From the NCBI GenBank assembly GCA_964188305.1, contig OZ076887.1: a DNA stretch of 64,000 bases. The stretch is one strand, 5' to 3'. The notes under the pieces are model-generated. The model was given only the letters and a program-made list of their open reading frames with translations, made no database searches and was not told the origin of the DNA. Made by a program: the position numbers and the translations under genes. Below, one piece after another: positions 58,413 through 64,000 of this stretch; position 1 is the first letter of the stretch, and the number at the start of each line of letters is the position of its first letter. This DNA is from Podarcis bocagei (Eukaryota).

Positions 58413-60515
58413 TACTTGGAAGGCGACAGGCTGTGCATGGTGAAGTAGGGGGCCATGCCTTGTTCCCTCAAGGAAGAAGGAGAAGAATGAACAAGTCATT
58501 TGGGTGGCGCTGCTACATCACACACTTCCATAAGAAAGGGGAGAACACCATGTCTGCTCCTTCAGCCACTCCCCAGCATAGCTGCTGAAGCAGGCCACTT
58601 TCATGAGAACATGTAGTTCTTCACAGGGTGCATAATTAATTTATGCAATTCTCTTCCACGAGATATAGCTTGGAGGTGTAGAAGTACATTATGGCTACTA
58701 GTCAGAATGGCTGCAGAGAAGCCCAAGGTGCAGAGCCACAATATGACTCTGCTTGTGGTCAGTTGCTTGAAAGCAGCAAGGAATATGGCTGTTGCTTTCG
58801 TGCCCAGGCCTTCCTGGAAGCATGTGGTTCGCTACTTTGGGATGCTGGCATAGATGGACCTCTGATGCAATCCAGAAAGGCTCTTCTTTTAATAACTGAA
58901 TGCATAGCTGGAAATGTTTCTGAAGGTTCTACTTCAGCATGGCTAAACAAGGAAGTCCCTTTTCAGTTTAGAAATCTGCTTTCTTGATAAACTGCAACAA
59001 TGGTGTAGCAGAAACTTCAGAGACGTGAGCTGTTCCTTCACAAACCCCCTCCTTAAATTTCTAGACCACCTGCCCAACAGTCCTAGGCTGCCTGTGCGTT
59101 TTCATCCTTCACAGAACTCCCAATGAACCATCAAAGAATTTTCACCCTGCATTTAAAGAAGGCAGAAACTCTTGTGGGGAAAATGATCTCAGAAAAAGGA
59201 ACATTTCTAAATTGTTGCTATAATATGGTTTGAAACACAGAAATAACTCTAAATAATTAGTTTGGATGGGGGAAGGATTGCTTGTTGCCATAACAGTCTT
59301 GCCTCTGGTGGGATCTTTGCCAATATCAAGCCAACTTTAATTAGAGACGCACTCAAAGAGCTCTTGCCTTCCTTGGCTCCGTTTCAACCAATTCAAGCAT
59401 GTTAAGCCTGCTCAACACTTCAAATCCTTCAGCATAATGCATGAAATGCTTTCACAGCACTGGATAACCTTTAAGGGCATAGCCATCCCTTGACTGGCAG
59501 GTGTTTTAATCCATCCTAGGGTGGCTGACTCTTGAATCAGCTACTGCAGCTATTATGAAAACCTCTGCCTGGTGATTTCCACTTATCAAACCTATGTTTG
59601 CATGCGTTTTTCGCCTAGTCAGTTGACAACCCTTACTCACTTTCCCTGGGATTGACCCACTGACCCCCCAAAAAATGCAAATTAAAGACAGGTGCTTATG
59701 TAACACATAATTTAGGGCTTGTTTTGATAAAAGGCCCTCATCTTAGAAGACAAGCTTCCCAGTCTATGCTCTGTCACACTCATGGGGGAACCATCTGAGG
59801 ATGAGGAGTGGAAAAGGAAAGGGCAGTGTTTTTCTTTCGCATCCCTGAACGGCACCCACCTTCTGACAGGTGACTGCTGTTTCTCATTATGGCCTGGCCA
59901 TAAATACTTCCAGGTCAGACCTTTGCCTGAGCTACAGTCAGACACTGACCTTTTTGTGTAGCTCCAAACAGGAGACTTCAACCTCCCTGGGACGATCAGT
60001 GCCTTTGCAAACTGGATCAATCACTGTGGGCACCACACATAGCACAAAAAAGGCCTTTGTAGACTCATAGGTAGCTGTGGCACAAAGCAGAAAGTACTAT
60101 AATTCAGCTTCAATACAAAAGCTGCCAAGGTTGGAAGGGTGTTTTTTTATCTAAAAGATGCAAAACTACAAGAGGACTTCACATTTGCCTCATAACCATT
60201 TTTAAAAGGATAAGAGTATCACATTTAGTGATAAGGCAGAAATCTTTGCAATCTATTCAGTTCTGATTCTCACACTTCCAGCAATGTGTGTCAAGTCTAC
60301 TACTATTAACTAATATGTCGAACAGGAAACAGCTTCAGATAAAAAGATAGGGTAATTATAGATCATTTCATGGAAGGAATTCTGTAAATTCTTGAGTTAC
60401 CTGGGAGTAAGCCGCAATGAACTCGACAGTGGCTGAACTTATGAATACACAATAACCTTAACTTCTGAGGATAGCATTTTGCTATAAATATTGCAAAGGA
60501 GTATTTCAGACTGTA

Positions 60516-60757
60516 CAGTGGTACCTCGGGTTAAGAACTTAATTCGTTCTGGAGGTCTGTTCTTAACCTAAAACTGTTCTTAACCTGAAGCACCACTTTA
60601 GCTAATGGGGCCTCCTGCTGCCGCCCCACCGCCGGAGCACAATTTCTGTTCTCATCCTGAAGCAAAGTTCTTAACCCGAGGTACTATTTCTGGGTTAGCG
60701 GAGTCTGTAACCTGAAGCATATGTAACCTGAAGTGCATGTAACCTGAGGTACCACTG
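60516..60757. mobile_element. Tigger-like MITE
   Basis: TA|CAGTGGTACCTCGGGTTA ... TAACCTGAGGTACCACTG|TA. Confidence 0.9.
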
Positions 60758-61003
60758 TATGTTATTAAGAGAAGGGGTTGAGGGAAGGAGCATGAAGTCT
60801 TGAGACTGCTGTCCAATTCCGTGAGTTAGCAACAAACAGAGCATGTTTGGCTGAAAATATATTCATTGGGTTTCCCTCTCTCTTCTCAGCTGCATATGCA
60901 GCTTTTAGTATAACTTTTAAAATAAGGAATACTAATTGTTGTTTTCAATATTAAATAAATAAAGGTGCAGCTTTGCATTGATATTCAGCACATACGCACT
61001 TAC

Positions 61004-61140
61004 CAAGCTTCAGGTAGCAAAAAGGAATATTCATGTGGAGAGGTGGTCTCTGGAAAATTAGAGAGAATTGCCAGCCGATGCGGAAGGAGGTCTGACCCAT
61101 GGTATGTGAACAAAATCTCCAGGGCTCTTACATTGCTTTC
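61004..61140 (-). CDS. NBAS: NBAS coding exon (human-equivalent exon ~21, 137 bp)
   Basis: Reverse strand reads cag|ESNVRALEILFTYHGSDLLPHRLAILSNFPETTSPHEYSFLLPEA(C)|gtaagt; near-identical to vertebrate NBAS as I recall it; not in the ORF track. Confidence 0.96.
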
Positions 61141-61205
61141 CTGCACCAATAATTCAGTTTTAATATTCATGAGACAGCTTATGGACCAGTCTGTTTAAGA
61201 AGTAT

Positions 61206-61206
<1 letters not shown>

Positions 61207-61241
<35 letters not shown>
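61207..61241. repeat. (CA)n microsatellite about 65 bp upstream of the exon ~21 acceptor
   Basis: Direct reading. Confidence 0.95.
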
Positions 61242-61243
<2 letters not shown>

Positions 61244-61877
61244 CAAATTATGGGAGATGGCATAATTCTCATATAAAAAACCCACAGGCCAGAGTATTAG
61301 CTATCCATTCCCTTCTGCCCTGATCATTTTCTTGTGCTGTTCAGAAACTAAACATATATCATGAATGCTCTGAAAGAAAAAAAAATATGCCATTGGTTGT
61401 TTTATTGGACTAAGGACACAGCTACCATATAGTGGGTGAGGACAGGAAATTTACCAATGTCGAGGGAGGAGGCATTGCTTTTTTGGGGAGGGGGGATTAC
61501 AGGAGAAGACAGCAACCGAGTGGACGGAGCGGGAAATCTAGGACAGATGAAAAGAAAACAAACAGCTGGGACAGGGGCAGCCAGACTGCCAGAATGAGGG
61601 GAAAGCAGGAGTAGGGTAAATACAAAAGGGACTCTTAATTTTTTTTACTCCCAAAGGCAAGAAGATACGACTGGATAAATGAAGATAAAGAAGGAGACAG
61701 AAGAAAACACCAATGAAGCGTTCAAAGAAAAAAACCAGAGAGCAGCTACTCCAGAGGTATCCCTCTCGGACAAAGACAGGAAATGGACTGTGGCCAATAG
61801 CAATGAAGCAACCGCTACTTCTTCAGTTTTGGTGAATTCCCTTTCCTCAGCCACTTGATGACAGATGTCTCCCACTT

Positions 61878-62123
61878 GGTTCCCTCGCTGCAAGAAGCCA
61901 AGTTACAGGGAACCAGGCAGAGGGCCTTCCCGGTAGTGGCACCCACCCTGTGGAACGCCCTCCCACCAGATGTCAAAGAGAAAAACAACTACTAGACTTT
62001 TAGAAGACATCTGAAGGCAGCCCTGTTTAGGGAAGCTTTTAATGTTTCATAGACTATTGTATTTTAATATTCTGTTGGAAGCCGCCCAGAGTGTCTGGGG
62101 AAACCCAGCCAGATGGGCGGGGT

Positions 62124-62186
<63 letters not shown>
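61878..62186 (+). mobile_element. L2-clade LINE 3' end with (AAT)n tail
   Basis: Near-identical to 24610-24903 (CAGGGAACCAGGCAGAGGGCCTTC..GGAAGCCGCCCAGAG). Confidence 0.88.
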
Positions 62187-63674
62187 TTGATGGCCTTTCA
62201 TCCAATGAATATATCCATTACTCAAAGGTGGGCAGGGGGAATAATCCCAATCCTTGCTCCAACGTGTTGTGTTCCCAGTCAGTCCTACTGCATCAGTTGA
62301 TGTCACTGGGCCCAACAGCTGGACACAATAACTATGCCAGTTCCATGCTAGTGTAGCCTGAGCTGGCTTTTTCCAGCCCCCACCCACAGCAGCAGGGCTG
62401 CGGATATAATATAGCTCCACTTGGTGCCCAGCTAAGACCGGATTGCTTTGCCCATTACCTAAAGAGTCTCATATATTACCACAGGCGACAGGTATGGGTG
62501 CAAATGGCCTCACTGACAACTTTCCCATATTTCTTCAGACATGACATCTGTTGCCTGGGATAAAACTGTGGGAAAAGTAACCAAAAAAGGCCCTATAATT
62601 CCCTCTCATCAGAGATAAACTACAAATACCTCTATTAATTACGGTGTGTCCTAAATGCAACCCATTTTTTTCTATTGTATAAATAGAAAGGCAAGTCACA
62701 TCTCAAAATTTTGCTTTATGCAAAATACTTTATGAGCAAGCTGTGAAATAATTTATACCCGAGCATATGTTCTTGCAGAAAGAACAATATTCTGATTCCG
62801 GAACTTCTTGAAGAACTCTGCATCATATCTCTGTTCGGCAACGTGTGGCCCACCAAGAATTTCCTGAAGGAAAAATCATCGGAAACATTTTACAAGGCTG
62901 ATTGGTTCCTCAACAGAACACGACACAGTGAACTTCCCGAAACTTTGTTGGCACATGTGGTCCTCTGGAAAGTGAGAAAGATTTACTAGAAACAGGAGGG
63001 GAACACTGGGCTTGGGTTGGAGGAGAGCTCCAGGCTCCCATTATATGCCCCTACCCTCTGCTGGTTATCTGCGATTTTAACAACCCAAAGGTTGACTGTC
63101 CTGCTGCACTCTTAAGCAATGATGCAGTGGTCTGCGCAACTGGGTGCACCACAGGCCAGTAAGTTGGTTGCATATTTTCACTACAGCTTTCACACACATG
63201 CAATGCGCTAAAAACATAAGGACAGGTTTTAAATACCAGGGCCTTAAGTATAGTTTGCTAGGAGAAAGAAGACAGAATGGGGAGGAGAGAGAGAGAGACA
63301 GAATGTGCTGCAATGCAAATTAAGCAACATAACCTATGAGAAGAACATGTTGGAGTGCAATAATGGTCTTGCTTGCCTCGTTATTTATAACCACTGAAAA
63401 TCAGAGCTGAAAGCTAAACTATCAGAGTGAAAGGTCCTGAAGGCGCTATATAGTGAGTTGTACATAACAAATGCAATCCACAGTTTTCCAAACCTCGTAT
63501 GTTGCTAGCCGATCCAAATACGTTAGCAGTTTCAATCTGCTCCGGCAAAGTTCTTTTTGTTCCAATGTTAACCTGTTTTAAAAGGGAGGGGGGAGAGAGA
63601 AAGGCAATATATAAAGAAATACAGAATCGGCAGCACTGAGTATTTCGGGGTTGGTTTTTTTTGGGGGGTGTACA

Positions 63675-63795
63675 ATGCTGGCCACATGACCCGGAAGCTG
63701 TACGCCGGCTCCCTAGGCCAATAAAGTGAGATGAGCGCCGCAACCCCCGAGTCGGCCATGACTGGACCTAATGGTCAGGGGTCCCTTTACCTCTT
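63675..63795 (+). mobile_element. Sauria SINE 3' fragment
   Basis: ATGCTGGCCACATGACCCGGAAGCTGTACGCC..GGTCAGGGGTCCCTTTACC. Confidence 0.85.
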
Positions 63796-64000
63796 TTACG
63801 GTTTTATACAAGCAAACCTCTACTTGTAAAAAAAAACTTGATCATTTACTGTGGCAGCACCTACAATTTGAAACTCTGCCTTTTGCTGTCGAGCAGGTAC
63901 TTCCACTGTACTCTTTTTGGTGCCTGGTAAAAACATAATTGTTTCGCCAAATTTGTGAATTTTAATTTTAACTTTTCGTCTCCTTTGATGCATTGCACAT

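Noticed and set aside
61430-61875. Purine-rich segment with a KGLL..KGKKIRLD-like frame, possibly an L1 ORF1 remnant
   Set aside because: Too degenerate, and no TSD or boundaries could be fixed.

Overview
Squamate genomic DNA, most likely a lacertid lizard (Podarcis-type Sauria SINEs). The whole window lies inside NBAS, on the minus strand. Twelve consecutive coding exons (61140 down to 6501; human-equivalent exons ~21-32, numbering from recalled human exon sizes) have GT-AG boundaries and splice into one continuous frame. The introns carry many transposable elements. The main one is a complete, very young Ty1/Copia LTR retrotransposon (46819-51892) in the 25.5-kb intron, antisense to NBAS. 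It has one 1317-aa Gag-PR-IN-RT-RH ORF, 416-bp LTRs differing at 2 positions, a GTTTT target-site duplication (TSD) and non-canonical TG...GA ends. Its most unusual feature is the priming system. The half-tRNAiMet primer-binding site (PBS) is split by a 9-nt insert and continued by boxes in U5. A long-range stem brings these pieces together so that nearly the whole 5' half of tRNAiMet can be bound. Other features: a hairpin over the LTR poly(A) signal, Penelope-type minimal hammerhead ribozymes (one intact and sense to NBAS), a twin-primed (5'-inverted) L1 insertion, a MITE filled with a tandem array of GC-rich palindromes, a decayed CR1 interrupted by a solo LTR, and many SINEs, MITEs and LINE tails. 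Repeat family names come from my own recognition of the sequence, not from a database search.
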